From an uncultured delta proteobacterium (GTDB lineage Bacteria; Desulfobacterota; Syntrophobacteria; Syntrophobacterales; Syntrophobacteraceae), in the NCBI GenBank assembly GCA_963808625.1, contig CAWEHK010000017.1:1-64000 (forward strand): a stretch of DNA of 64,000 nucleotides. Reading direction: 5' to 3'. Numbering within the stretch: the stretch's first letter is position 1; each line of letters begins with the position of its first letter. The position numbers were made by a program, and so were the translations under genes. Below the pieces are notes generated by a model. That model was not told the origin of the DNA. It did not search any database and was given only the letters and a program-made list of their open reading frames with translations. This document shows positions 43,597 through 55,920 of this stretch, in pieces.

Positions 43597-44831
43597 CTAT
43601 GAAACTGAGTGAGCAGTTGCGTCTCAAAATAGAGTCTCCAGCTCTGGAGCAGGACCGGTTCTTTGATCGGTATGGGCTTCTCAGAAATCCTTTCCCCCCC
43701 AGTAGGACGATTATTCCTGAGATTCTATATGATCAAGAAACAGCCTATGAGCGCTTTGTGACTCTCGTCAGCGGATTTCTCAGAGACACACCGGAGCGCC
43801 GGTCGATGGGGATATTAGGTGGGACTGGCGGAGGGAAAACCCACTTTCTTCGGCACTGCCGATGGCAATTGGAAGAGTTTTGCCGGGAAAGCGATTACCG
43901 GTTTGTGTTGGTGGAATTCGCAGCGGGTGCGGGAAAGGTTCAGGATATAGTTCGCGAAGCATTCAGAGGGGCGGATACAATATGCAATGATCATTGTGGG
44001 GCTGACTTCATAACATCTCTTTTGGCAGAATTGCAGAAGAGGGACGACAGCGAGGAGATCCTCAAATCAATTCAACATGACGAGCTCCATTCGGCATTAT
44101 CTAGACTGCTGAAGGTTTCTCGCTCAGGCTACCGACCGTCGAACACACGTGGGCAATATGGCTTTGAGACATTGCGTGAGCTATTTCGCAGATGGTTGCA
44201 TGGAGGCACGCTCAGCCAGACAGAACGAAAGCACCTAGGAGTGTTTTTAAGGATTGGCACTGCTTCAGTGGCTTCCAGGGTTTTGCGTGAAACATTCACT
44301 GTGGCCAGATATTTGAAAATCATTCATGGCATGTTACTTTGCCTCGACGAGATCGAAACTCTTTTCACAGGACTTCGTCCGGCTCAATATCAGGCCTTTC
44401 TCCAAGACCTTAGATATCTGTATGATGAAGCGGTGAAAGATACTTCCGGTTACTCCCTGCTTGTGTTGTCGGCCTCGACGAATACGGGTGCCAATACACT
44501 TTTGAATATCAACTATCCCGTATATCAGAGACTGGGTTTTGAGCAGCCGGCGCGAGTCACTCTCGTTCCCATCGACGGTCAGTTGGATGCAAGAAATTTT
44601 GCCAATGTTTATATCGAACATGGGCATGAAGAATGGAGCCGGAGAACGAACGCCGAACCGTGTTCCGACCCTAAGACCATTCTCACTGACCAGGATATCA
44701 GGGAGGTTTACGATTCTGTTCTCAAATCGACCGATCCTGATCTGCGAAAAGTCGGACAAGTGAATCAGGCGCCTCTGTTGGATGCACTTTTCCATAAAGT
44801 CGAGGGGAAAAGGCTCCTGAACAAACAGTAG
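43593..44831 (+). CDS. P-loop ATPase (BrxD/AAA-like)
   Basis: YGLLRNPFP, Walker A GGTGGGKTH and Walker B LLCLDEIE; ATGA overlap with the PIN gene. Confidence 0.82.
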   Translation: MTMKLSEQLRLKIESPALEQDRFFDRYGLLRNPFPPSRTIIPEILYDQETAYERFVTLVSGFLRDTPERRSMGILGGTGGGKTHFLRHCRWQLEEFCRESDYRFVLVEFAAGAGKVQDIVREAFRGADTICNDHCGADFITSLLAELQKRDDSEEILKSIQHDELHSALSRLLKVSRSGYRPSNTRGQYGFETLRELFRRWLHGGTLSQTERKHLGVFLRIGTASVASRVLRETFTVARYLKIIHGMLLCLDEIETLFTGLRPAQYQAFLQDLRYLYDEAVKDTSGYSLLVLSASTNTGANTLLNINYPVYQRLGFEQPARVTLVPIDGQLDARNFANVYIEHGHEEWSRRTNAEPCSDPKTILTDQDIREVYDSVLKSTDPDLRKVGQVNQAPLLDALFHKVEGKRLLNKQ

Positions 44832-45062
44832 TATACTTCAGGAATGACAGTGTGGCGGGGGAGAGGGACTACTCCCAACCAAGACCTGCGCACAATCGTG
44901 AGGACGTCACACCACTCACCATATCAAAGGAACACTCCAGAACTTGCCAGATCCTTGAACACCGGATTGAATTCTTGCACACTTGAAATGGATATCTTAC
45001 GCTGCCTTCGTGTTTCTGATCAGTTGGAGACCCACCCCCGGCCAAGAAGCAGGAGACAATCC

Positions 45063-45222
45063 ATGAAATTCGACCAGGTGGTCGATATTTATCAGGAGTA
45101 CCACAAAATGAATTCTGGGAAAAAATACGATTGAGTCGTACGATATTACGCTCTTCAAACTCCATGATTATTTCGGCAAAGACCGATATCTTGCCGCCAT
45201 CAACAACGAGGGATACTCTGAA
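45063..45222 (+). pseudogene. N-terminal fragment of a tyrosine integrase (SAM-like domain)
   Basis: MKFDQVVDIYQEYHKMNSGK, then NTIESYDITLFKLHDYFG after a shift in an A-run; no catalytic domain follows. Confidence 0.5.
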
Positions 45223-46056
45223 GTGGGACATCATTATACACCGCAATACTACCTAAAGGGCTTCGTTGATTCCGAGGGACACATTTGGGTCTATGAAAAA
45301 GGGTCTGGCACACCTTTTCGAACAGGACTGAAGAATGTAGGGCATGAAACCGGATTTTATTCTGCTGCTATGGAACAGTATCTGGCCAATCAGATTGAAG
45401 GGCCAGCAAATCGTGTTATTGAAAAGATTAGAGCAAGAGACCAAATCTCAGCTTCAGAGAAGATTACTCTGGTGCGGTATATGGTGGCGCTAATGAAGAG
45501 GGTGCCAAAAAGCAAAGAGCGCATTAAGGGATTAGCCCCGCAAGCAGCACCGAAGACTTTGAAGGAATTTGAGGCCGAAGTTGATGGTATTTTGTTGCCG
45601 GATAAAACCAAGACTGACTTCATGCAGAAAGCACGGGTGATATTTGAAAAATTTGCCAAAAATCCACCAAAAGAAATTTGGCTAGAAATGATTCCACCTC
45701 ATACATCTCCTATGGTCGTGGAGGTAATCAGTACCATGACCTGGATCTTTCTAACGAATGACTCGGGCCCTGTGTTTCTGACGAATGATAATCCCGTATT
45801 CTTTTTCGAAAGCTTGGGGATTGGCAAGCCGGACTCTGAAATAACGTTCCCGATTTCCAATGATATTTCCTTATGGGCCACCTGGAGGAAGAACATTCAA
45901 GACTGCATATATTCTGCGATCCGGCCTCATGGCATTAGAGAGATTAATAGGCGAACTGCAAGTAATGCGACTCGCTACGTCTTTCATTCCACTAATGAAA
46001 AATGGATACCAACCTTCATAAATAAAGTTCACAGGCTAAATTTGATGAAAAGCTAA
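45223..46056 (+). CDS. DUF4238 domain protein
   Basis: HHYTPQYYLKGF, FLTNDNPV and FPIS motifs. Confidence 0.8.
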   Translation: MGHHYTPQYYLKGFVDSEGHIWVYEKGSGTPFRTGLKNVGHETGFYSAAMEQYLANQIEGPANRVIEKIRARDQISASEKITLVRYMVALMKRVPKSKERIKGLAPQAAPKTLKEFEAEVDGILLPDKTKTDFMQKARVIFEKFAKNPPKEIWLEMIPPHTSPMVVEVISTMTWIFLTNDSGPVFLTNDNPVFFFESLGIGKPDSEITFPISNDISLWATWRKNIQDCIYSAIRPHGIREINRRTASNATRYVFHSTNEKWIPTFINKVHRLNLMKS

Positions 46057-46210
46057 AGGGGACCGGGTTTCTACGAACTCCCGTATACGAGACTGAAGGC
46101 CAGTTTTTACACTATAGGGTCGGACCAATCATCTGCATGAACATATGGCTTCTTGGCGGCGGCTCAACTACATTATAGAGGGCCTCTGCCACTCCCTCTG
46201 TGGAATCTCA

Positions 46211-48901
46211 TCACCTTATCATGTTGGTAAAACCCCCCATAAGTTCTTCAACAAGCCGAGCAATTTCGTCCCTCTGCCTTGCCCCAAAGCCCTCTGTGAC
46301 TGGAATGATTGTTTCATCCAGCAGCGCTCGCACAGGAATCATGTAACCCGACATGAGTTTTACCTCTTCTAGTTTTCCGTGGAGACGGACGGTCAACACC
46401 TTCTCTTTTTCCATAGAGCGACTACATTTTTGGGTGGCAACGCAGAATCCACCTAATCCCTGCCACAACAACTCACCTTTTTCGACTTCGTCCTGAGCTA
46501 ATCCCTCCCGCAATTGAGCTGGGGTAAGGCCGACCAATGCTTGTTCAAGTGTACGGAGCGCTTGACCCCTTCGCGTCAGCTGCTGCCATGAACTCTGGAG
46601 ATGATCCAAAGAGGATGAATCCTGAACGTCTGTGGTTGGATGTCGAAGAAGCTTGGAAAGCTGTTCGGCTATTTCGGTCTTGTCACCGCCATGCCAGAGC
46701 CAGGGCAATCGTGCCACGGACAGAATACTGGCAAACCTGAAACGCGCGTTATCAATGTATTGTTGAATCGAACCGTCAGGAAGTGCCAGAGCCCACATGA
46801 CCAGTGTCGCCGAGAGTTCGCTCGAAATCATGCTTGCGGCAAAATTGACGGGAGACTCACTTGAACGATAGCGATGTTCAAGCCAGCCAATGTGCCTATC
46901 AGCCTCTGAAGTAATAAACAAAGGTGACCATATCCGCTGTGTGCATTCTACGAATTCATTTTGGCTGAGCCATCCCTCACGAAGCCCCGTGCGCAAAAGG
47001 ATCGCACTAAGTTTGATATCATCAGCCAAATGCTCCGGGGGACGTCGCTCAAGATAGTCTCAACCAGCCATCACTTGAATGACCTGTTCTATTATCTGTC
47101 TGGCTTTTTTGCGTTCTTTTTCGGTTTCGCTCTTGGGAGGGTGAGGTTTCTGTTTCGGAGTTTTCGCTCCGGGAAGGATCTTTATTTTGGTATCAACGGT
47201 TTCACCATCTGTCTCGTTCCCGTCATCGTCCGTTATTGTGTCAGGTAAATCGAATTCCTTTTCACCTCCTTCATATCCAGGCGCCCCAAACCATTGAAGA
47301 AACATTTGTCTCAGACTTCCCAAGCGATCTTCTCCGGACCCGAAAGTCTTTACGCTTCTGATAACAGGGAAGCTATAAGAGTCAGCAAATACATCCTCTT
47401 CGGTAAATTCTAAGACGTTTACGGCTTGGTTTCCTACACCGCCACTCGAAAAAGCAGGAGCGCGGGAAGGTATGTACCGAAGATGTCTGCAGAAAACTTC
47501 GATTACTTCAGTCCACGCTCCCAGGTTCCATACACCGGGCCTCACGTTCCTATGTATTGATTCTGATACTGCTCGCCCCCATGAAGTAGAACGGAGCTCC
47601 TTTTCGATATCTATCCACATGAGAATGGAACGTATTGGGAGGCCCTTACTCGATCCTTCGAAAAAGACAGTACGCGGCGGGTTGCGTGGAGTCTTGACTG
47701 TTGCGATGCGATCGCTAATCAATTGAAATTCGGTTGGGCTTTCATCCACTTGACAGCCTGTCAACTGCGCGTTGTGGGCACATTTAAAAGCCACTCGGAG
47801 TTCTTGGCCTTCCAAGCGGGCTCCCAGAATCTGGATTCCGGCTTGCTCGCTGGGAGTCTCATCTTGCTCCAACAAATCATCGGGTAATTGAATAGGTTCA
47901 TCGAGTATTTCAAAATGATTTAGATATTGATCCTTAAAATCTGAACGATTGAATCGCTGGATAGCCAGAAGTTCAGCATTCCCGGAATTCCCTGGAATGG
48001 TTAGGGCTGCCCGTGAGCAATTGGCGCTCCCGGCAAACACGGTGACTTCATCCCCTCGCTGGAAAGCATAGAACTTTGCATGCAGAAAAGGCTGGCGATC
48101 TGTATTTGTCTCGGAGGAACGGGTAAAGTCTATCGGAACTACTCTTGTGAGTGGTAACTTTGATGCGATATTCTTGGTAAAACCCGATCCTCCCTTTTGA
48201 ACCAGCACTTCAGATTCACCAGGTTGCACTCGATTTATGAATTCCTGTAACGCGGCACCCTCTGTATCAAAGTACGGAGAACAGCAAATGAATCTCTCTA
48301 TAGGCCCTGAGCCCTGAAATCGTAGCATTTGGCCCAAGAGGGCTTCACCTTCGGTTATTCTACCAATTAACATCCCAGGCTCTTCGAGCCTTGTAGCCCA
48401 ACTGCGGGTATTGCCGTCAAAAGCCTCCTCTATTTCAGCTTTAACGGAGTTATTCAAGGGGACTCTCTCCAGGATTTTCCGGAGGTAATCATTAAAAGCT
48501 GCAAATGCTGCCGTACCATCCGTTCCTGAATCAAATCGAATCCAGACTTCAACATTTTCACGCCATCCACCAAACGTAAGATTGCCACTACCAATAAAAA
48601 GTGTCGCTTTGTTGGAAGCGGACAGGAGGACAGCTTTAGGGTGGAAGCAAAAACCCGACTCCAAAAGGATAGGTACGACCCGGAATCGGATTCCGAGACC
48701 GCTAAGCACCTTGGATTGATATGCAAATGTCTCGGCAGCGCAATGAGCATCTGCAAAAATCGTTATGGCGGGTTGGCCGCAGCGTTTAAGCGCAGGGAGA
48801 ACGACGAGTTGAAAAAAAACAAAATCAATATTGTGGGTAAGGATAATCACATTGGTGACATCCTTCTCCTTCTCTATGAGGCTGATAAGATCTGAAATCA
48901 T
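46211..48901 (-). CDS. Large PLD-superfamily protein with two HxK motifs (probable frameshift near 47050)
   Basis: FHPK...IGSGNLT and LHAK...AGSANCS, followed by an acidic linker and a helical C-terminus. Confidence 0.8.
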
Positions 48902-48915
48902 GGACACCGCTCCAT

Positions 48916-50454
48916 CTATCCGACGAACGCTCTCCCTTCATCGTTCAGTGCAAATTTGCCGCCTTCTTCCCGATCACACAGACCCAGATCTGCCAGCATT
49001 CCAAGCACATTGGTTAGTCGGTCTCCACTAAAACCGGCAGCCACAGTCTTGCCGGTGGGCCTAAGTAAATCCCCTTCCGGATAGAATCGGAGAGAGCACT
49101 TTTGTCCTTGTCCCATTTTTCGAAGAGTTGTGGTCAGATGAGGTTCAATCGCAGTTTCTATTAGAGCAGAAGACAGGATCTCACCAACGGTCTTTTGCGC
49201 ACCGTTCTGCAGAAGGGTAAAGATCCGTTCCATGTAGTGGTCGCGTTTAGGAATCTTTCCCGCTCCCCTGAGCTGTTCAGTCAGCCGCTGGCAATTCAGG
49301 AGCATTGCCAGCGCATATAAGGCTTGGGGGAATGGCGTCAGCGTGCGGCCAGTTTTTCGATCCAAGGGGCCGTTCAAGAATGCACCAACAGGCAAACGGT
49401 CATTGATCTCGCCAAGCTTTGTCTCCAGGGGGACAGAATCAAATTGCAGGATTTCCGTTAACAGAGAAGGGAGTCTTTCAGAACTTGGCCAGGCATCCAG
49501 TATTTGCTGAACGGTTGCCTCGGTCAAATCCATCAGGGTGTCTGTGAGCGCACAGAGGAGAAGCTCTAAAGAAGAATGAACCCTTCTTCGAAGTTCGTAT
49601 TCCGCCCATGCTAATTGCGTATCTGAAAGGTTGGCCTGATTCCCGACTACAGCATCCCGAAAATTCTCGAAAATCAAGTCGTTCGAGGATTTGCCCGTGC
49701 TGCTAATCCCCGCCAGAGCCCAGCGCACCGTTGCATTGAAGCATCGGTAGGACTCAAGAACGGTATTATCCTTCAGGTAAGGAGTGAAAAACGACGCTCG
49801 CAGAAGCTCGAGTTCTCTGCTGTTATGACCAAGCCCATTTAACGAGAAGTGATGTCCTTCTCGTTTTATGGCCTCAAGGTTCAACAGACCCCCATCCAGG
49901 ATGAGCTTTGTCAACTCGCTTTGCCCAAGAGTCTCGCGCCGAGCCTTGTGTATGTCCTCTCCTCTGGGCACAATTTCAACGGGCACATCTGTGTCGCCTG
50001 CTGGTGCTGCCAAAATCCCGAAAGAACGGCATGGCATTATGTACGTCCCATAAGATGCCCCGTGATGGTCGGAGGATATCTCAACGCGGTGGTTGCTGAG
50101 TAACTCAGCCAGCTCACCCGCATAGAGATCTGAACCAAGAACACCGTATGTAATCCCTGACTCACCCCATTCTGTGCCGATTTTCGAGGCTGCGAGAACG
50201 ACGAATTCCATTCGGCTGAGCACCTTTGAATAGCGTGCTGCATCGAAATGTCCTTTCCCTCCGCCTTCATTGATCTCCTTTCGGAAGAATTCCGCTGTGA
50301 TCCAGGGGAGCAGCGAAAGATACCTCGCCCGGTATGAAATAGTCGTAATGCCCGCGACCCATTTGCGTTCGATATTTTGATCCAGTTGTCGCAGCCCCAG
50401 GATGTCTAAGCCTTGGATTTTTTCTCTTTCACCAGAATTCCAAAAGCATTGCAT
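48916..50454 (-). CDS. Conserved hypothetical protein (DUF6361-like), partner of the PLD gene
   Basis: GLDILGLR...[12 protein letters not shown] and YGTY motifs; C-terminal [14 protein letters not shown] resembling a winged helix. Confidence 0.65.
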   Translation of the reverse strand: MQCFWNSGEREKIQGLDILGLRQLDQNIERKWVAGITTISYRARYLSLLPWITAEFFRKEINEGGGKGHFDAARYSKVLSRMEFVVLAASKIGTEWGESGITYGVLGSDLYAGELAELLSNHRVEISSDHHGASYGTYIMPCRSFGILAAPAGDTDVPVEIVPRGEDIHKARRETLGQSELTKLILDGGLLNLEAIKREGHHFSLNGLGHNSRELELLRASFFTPYLKDNTVLESYRCFNATVRWALAGISSTGKSSNDLIFENFRDAVVGNQANLSDTQLAWAEYELRRRVHSSLELLLCALTDTLMDLTEATVQQILDAWPSSERLPSLLTEILQFDSVPLETKLGEINDRLPVGAFLNGPLDRKTGRTLTPFPQALYALAMLLNCQRLTEQLRGAGKIPKRDHYMERIFTLLQNGAQKTVGEILSSALIETAIEPHLTTTLRKMGQGQKCSLRFYPEGDLLRPTGKTVAAGFSGDRLTNVLGMLADLGLCDREEGGKFALNDEGRAFVG

Positions 50455-50742
50455 ACCGAGTCCAGTCTCAATGAGGCGAAATAGGTTGTTTCCATGTCGG
50501 AGCTCAAACTCGAAAACAGTTTTAAGTGTTCACCGAAATGGGGATTTTCTTGGAACCTGTCCGATGAAGAGCAAACCTTATGCCAGCGCAATCAGTGGTA
50601 ATGAGCGCTTCGTGCCCATGAGTTGAAAGGCAGAGTAACTTCACAATGGATACGGAAAAAGGAACGGGTAAAGAATATTATGCTATCGGAAAGAATTTCA
50701 TGAATTGGCAATCATTGCCTGTGAGATAGGCTTGAGATCCTT

Positions 50743-52856
50743 CTATCCTGGATTGCCCTTAAAAATGTCCACGATCGTTTCAAGCAGGGCCGCATCTCAA
50801 GGTCGTTGGCGCCGATGCTGAACCAGCTGTCCGGTTTCTGGTAGATGTCGAAGCCGCGGCCGACCTTGATTTTCCAGCCATTGTCCAGGCGGATTTCCCG
50901 GTCGTGCTGGTGTTGGTTGTAGGTGACATTCAGCTTGATGCCGTGATCGATCAGGCTTGATGCCAGCGCCTGGAACTTTTCGTCCGCTTCCTTCCGCTGG
51001 GACTCGTCATCAAATCCGGTGGTGAGATTGATCGTATGCGCCGATCCGATCTTTACCACCAGCTCGCAAAACCGCACGAAATTGGCTAATCTGATGTTGA
51101 GAACGGATGTACGGGTCTTCAATGTCGATGACTTTTGCTCCCCGCAGATAGTCGCCGAAAAGAGCCTCATACGTAAGCCGGTATCACCATAAAAGATCTT
51201 GGAGTGTTTCTCCTTCAGTTCTTCTCAGGAGGGGGTAGAGGCTCCGGCTCCGGTTGGATCACTTCCGTGGTCACCACCGCGGGCTCCGGCTTGACCTGCA
51301 TCTCCTCATCAGGCCTCTTTCCTGCGCTCCTTCTCCCGCGGCCGGGTTTTCTCCTGCATCAGCCCCGGCAGCACCCGCCTCTTGGGTTCTGCGTCGCTCC
51401 TGCGTCTTTGGATTCCGGGCACCAGACGATGACTTCCTCACCCGGATCTTGATATACGAAAGATTGATGCTGGCGAACTCGTCGTCGGCTTTGCGCTTGT
51501 TCATCTGTTCCTTGACCCGCCGCCGGCCCTCAAGCGCGTAGTCCAAATATTGCGTCAACTCCTCCCGGGTCGGCTTCTCCGTCGGGATGCAGCAGCTTCA
51601 AAAAGGCCGCAACGGTCTTCTTGATCGCCACTTCGTCCCGACCCTCGAGCGCCTGCCCAAGCCGGCAATGTCGGTTCACGTATTCATAGCGGTTCATCTG
51701 CTGGCTCAAGTGGTGGAAGACTTCCGCCAAATAATCGGTGATGAAGCCGTAATTGGTGGTCAAATACTCACTGCTGTTCTTGGGCATTTCCCAGCCGGGC
51801 AGATAGGTGTGGAAGCGATCCATCACCGCCAGGTCGAAAGACATCCGGGAGCGGAATGAACAGGTCGAACTGCGTGGAATTGACCAATTGATCGATGGAA
51901 TGGTCGATGTTCCCGATAAAGCCAAGGCTGGCGTTGGCAATCACCTCGACGCCCCGCGAGAACCGCCCGTTGGCCATGTAATCTTTCAGAATGTCGATGG
52001 TGCTCTGAGTCCTTGATCTTGACGCCGCCGACTTCATCGAAGGCCATCATGTCCCAGAAGCCAACCAGGCCGACCTGCCTCTTGGCGTTGTTGTAAAGCA
52101 GGACGGACGTGCTCGCCTGCCCGCCGCTGACGAGCGTCGAGTAGGGGGAAAATTCACTGAACACGTAGGATTTGCCCGTGCCCCGTGGCCCCAGTTCAAT
52201 GAAGTTGTAGTTGGCCTCCACAAAACCAAAGAGCCGCGCCAGGAAATGGAATTTTACCCGCAGGGTGAGCTTTGACGGCTCCAGCCCGATGGAGCGGATC
52301 AACACGTCCATCCATTCATCCCGGGTGAATTTGTCGCGCTCCGCGAGGAATCATCGGAATTGAAGCGTGACAGCTGGATGGGCCGAAGATCCTCGATGTA
52401 AAAGGCGTAATCATCGTCATCCACGTCGTTGTGGGCCACGCGTTACCTCCGCCCAGATGCCGCCCTCCAGCAGCCGCTCGTTGTTCCGGTAGAATTTGTC
52501 GTGGATGGCGATCCGCCGGGAATTGAAATTCTCCATCTCCGCCCAGTGCCGCTTTTCGCTCTCCACATATTTGACGTGGATTTTGTCGATGAACTTGTGC
52601 TTGCCCTTTCTGTTGCACCAGGGATTGGGCCCTGTTGGCTTCGTCCGGGCGCACGTAGTTCTTCTGAATCGTCTCGATCACCGCGCGATGCCGGCATGGA
52701 TTTCATCCGGGTCATCGGTGGCGCAGAACTTGGCCAGCAGGAACTCCAGCACAAAAGACGGCACGTTCGTTCCCTTCTTGATCTGATGCAGCAGGTCTTT
52801 GCGGACCACGCGGCCCGGGTAGGCTTCATTCAGTTTGATTGATCAAGAGCATCCAT
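50743..52856 (-). CDS. brxL: BREX BrxL with a C-terminal MIT_C/PLD-like domain (multiple frameshifts)
   Basis: VPSFVLEFLL, ELGPRGTGKS, AFDEV, LKDYMANG and DRFHTYLPGWE motifs; C-terminal EDPYIR and HDREIRLDNGWKIKVGRG. Confidence 0.88.
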
Positions 52857-52863
52857 GAGCTTA

Positions 52864-55387
52864 TCACTCCATGTAGTTGGTCTTGAGTTTCAAGGTTGCG
52901 TAAGTTTGCCTGAGTCTTGGGATCGATGGCCCGAACCTCAAATGACCCTTCAAAATCGTCATCCATTCTGAGCGGCACCTTGATGGCCTGACCCAGCTGG
53001 ATTTTGATGAAATTCGTTGAGGGGTCGAGGTAATGGCACGAAGCCGCTTCGCCGACCACTTTCCCTTTGGCATAGGCCTCCAGCTGGAACTCGAGTTCGT
53101 TGGCTCCAAATCCCTCGATTTGTTCCCGGAATAGGACGATCTCCACCATCGGCCTGCGCGTCGTGACGCTGTCGGTCGCCCCGCCCTTGTAACTGATCCT
53201 GAGATTGCCGGGCCGCCCCTCCTTTTGCACCTTCTTTTTTGCGGTTACACAGAGCACGGGAAGGACGCATTCCTGGAGCGACAGCCCCCCATGAAAATAC
53301 GGGCTGGACCTTCCAAAGGTCCCGAAACTTCTCGGGACCACAAGGGTATCCACTTCTCCCTTGATGCCCACCTGCTCGGCTTCAAAAGCAACCGTGCCCG
53401 GGCCTCCGGAGCCGCTGCCCAGAAGGTAACGGTCCTTTGCCTGCAACCAGTCGCCCGCAGGCTTTGGTACCGACGTCCCCGGCTTCCTGCTCCTCCAGCA
53501 GGATGAAGCCGTGATCGGTTGCCAGCACCACATGACCAAAGCCCAGTTCCCTCAATTTGCTGATGGCTGCCGGGAGCTTCTTCAGAACCGCCGGGATAAA
53601 CCGGGCCGTGTCCTGCGCCAGGTGCGTCCCCAAGTCATCGACGTCCTTGGTTTTCAGCATGACCAGCTGGACGGTCTCGGGAAACTGCAATTTCTTTTGC
53701 TTGAGGAACTTATCGAGATCCATCATCGCACAGCGGTCGCCATAAAGCGCCTGGACGGCCTTGAGCCGGTCTGACGGGTCTTTGATTTCGCGCTCGCTGA
53801 TCATGGGAATCAGGTCTCTCATCCTTGCGAATCAGGCGGAGATTGCCTTCCGCTTCGGGCATCAGCGCCGCCATCCCTACTTTGGTGACCGTCGGGAGCT
53901 GTGCTGCAACCGCATGGAGCTCTACAGTGTAGTCTTCGAGAAGACGTGGCTGGAGTTCAGCGGCCAATTCAAAGCGAAGGGCGTCAATGAGAAGCAGAGC
54001 GATGTTTTCGCGTTCTTCCAGTTTGGGCGCCAGAAACTTCTCAAAAACCTGAGTCTGTCTCAGATATCCGGACGGGGGCCACCCCTCTTTTTCCACCAGA
54101 GCAACAAACCCATCCTGCACTTCTTCCGCGAATTTCAAATAGCGCTGCCGAGCCTTCTCCACAAACTCTGCGACCGCAGCCCAATTCGCCATAAGCATCG
54201 TTCACCGCCTGCTCAAAAACCCGGTGCAGGGTATCAAGCTGTCGCAGCCTTTCCGTGTAATAGGAAATCAGCGCCGTTAGGTCGCCGGCCTGCTTTTTCC
54301 ACTCAGGCTTGCTCTCGTCGACTTTTGAAATGAGCTCCAGTCCTCGTTCGGCAATTGTCCAGAGAAGCATTCGTTCGGCCTCGCGCGCCCAGACGGAATT
54401 CAGCCGGAAAGCGGCAATCTCCCGCGCCCGCTCGATCTCTCCTGCTTCCGCGGCAGCAAGGAACTGGAGCAGGAAACTCTCCTCTTCAAACGAGAAGGTA
54501 TCGCGCTTGCCAAAATCCTTGAGGTGTTTGAGTCGCTCCTCGAGGTTCAGTTCGACAGCCGCTTTGTTGGCCATTTCGAGGTAGGCATTTTGATGCTTTG
54601 ACGCCGTGCGCAAGGTGTCACAGACGTTGAAGATCAGGGCACCATGAGATGCCTTCACCCTTGGGCACGTCCTTCAGGTCTTCAGGGATTTCACCGGGAA
54701 GGTCCAGGACCAATTCAGTGAAGAGCACATACCTGGCCAGCTCTTCCTGGATCGGCCGCCATTTCAGGCTTTTGGTTTTGAGCTTGAGTCCCAGCGTCAC
54801 CCTGGCAAAATGTTTGAACTCCGCAGGCCAGGCATCATCTTCTTCCAGGGCCTTCCGTTGTGTTTCCGTGGGTGAGAGCAGGGCAACGAGAATCTCCGCT
54901 GCCGATTCGGTCTTGAGAAGGCTCCTCAACTTGGGCCAGTTCGGTCCGCTGTCGATGGCATCCACCGTGTCGAAATCGGGGATGCCGGCCTCGAACAGTT
55001 GATCCACTTGCTGCTGAAAATCGGGTTTCGCCTTGCGACAGAGCGCCTGATACGCGTCCCCGTCGTCATAGGGGAACTCGCTGCCGCCAATGGCAAAGGC
55101 CTGATAGGGGTTTCGCTGTCGTTCCACTTCCGTTTTGGGCTTTGGGATCGGGAGATAGATTACCAGGGACTGGAGCTCGTCCGCAGATTCCGCCAGCCGG
55201 CGCCAGGCCTCCATGGCTTCTTCTCTGGCCAGGATGGTGGACTGGCTGCCGTCGATCACGCGGCATTCGGGTTCCTCCAGATCTCCACGATTTCCCGGTA
55301 TCGCTCTTCGGGATCGTAAAGCACCAGGCATGCGGACTGCTCCAGCCGCTTTTGAAAGTGGTCTTTCAAGAACTCACGGATTTTCAT
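52864..55387 (-). CDS. pglZ: BREX PglZ alkaline phosphatase-family protein (frameshifts)
   Basis: IDALRFE, LPTVTKVGMAALMP, ATDHGF and YFHGGLSLQE motifs. Confidence 0.9.
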
Positions 55388-55644
55388 TCTACTTCATCAC
55401 TGTCTGGCCGAGTGAAAGTCACCTCGTGGCGATTTGCAGACCAGCGCTCCTTCACGAAAGGCTCTTCGATGACCTCTCCCTTGCCCCTCATACGTTTGTG
55501 GGCGTTGATGATCTCGTCATCGATAAGCGCCATCTCCAAGGCTCTGTTAACTGCTTCGGTGTCCCTTCTCACGCCGAAAATGCGGCGCAACCGATCGATG
55601 TAGTCCTGGTTCATCTTCATGGTTTTTTTGACGAGTCTTGACAC
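55384..55644 (-). CDS. Orphan VapB-like antitoxin
   Basis: KKTMKMN...DTEAVNRALE ribbon-helix-helix-like pattern; ATGA overlap with pglZ. Confidence 0.55.
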   Translation of the reverse strand: MSRLVKKTMKMNQDYIDRLRRIFGVRRDTEAVNRALEMALIDDEIINAHKRMRGKGEVIEEPFVKERWSANRHEVTFTRPDSDEVE

Positions 55645-55701
55645 AGTTCTCCCTGCTCAGTACACCTCTGCACAAAAAAGTGTCCGAAAATTTGTAGCCT
55701 C

Positions 55702-55867
55702 GTAGGTTGGGTTTCGTTCCTCACCATGATTGCGGTCCACAATGCCGTGATTGATCGAGGAACGAAACCCAACATTTCGCTTCAGTTGGTCGGCTTTTGT
55801 TGGGTTTCGTTCCTGGGATATTCCACAATTTCATGCGTATTTCGTAACGGAACGAAACCCAACCTAC
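55702..55867. repeat. GTAG-type REPIN with four alternating inverted units
   Basis: GTTGGGTTTCGTTCC and GGAACGAAACCCAAC each occur twice, bounded by GTAG...CTAC. Confidence 0.8.
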
Positions 55868-55920
55868 AAGACTGTCTGGCCAATCACAGAAATCCTCAAA
55901 AGAGACCGTCTCCCGCCATC

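Noticed and set aside
43593..44831. Calling the ATPase brxD of the BREX operon
   Set aside because: It is on the opposite strand, about 6 kb from brxL, coupled to a PIN gene, and has no BrxH helicase partner.
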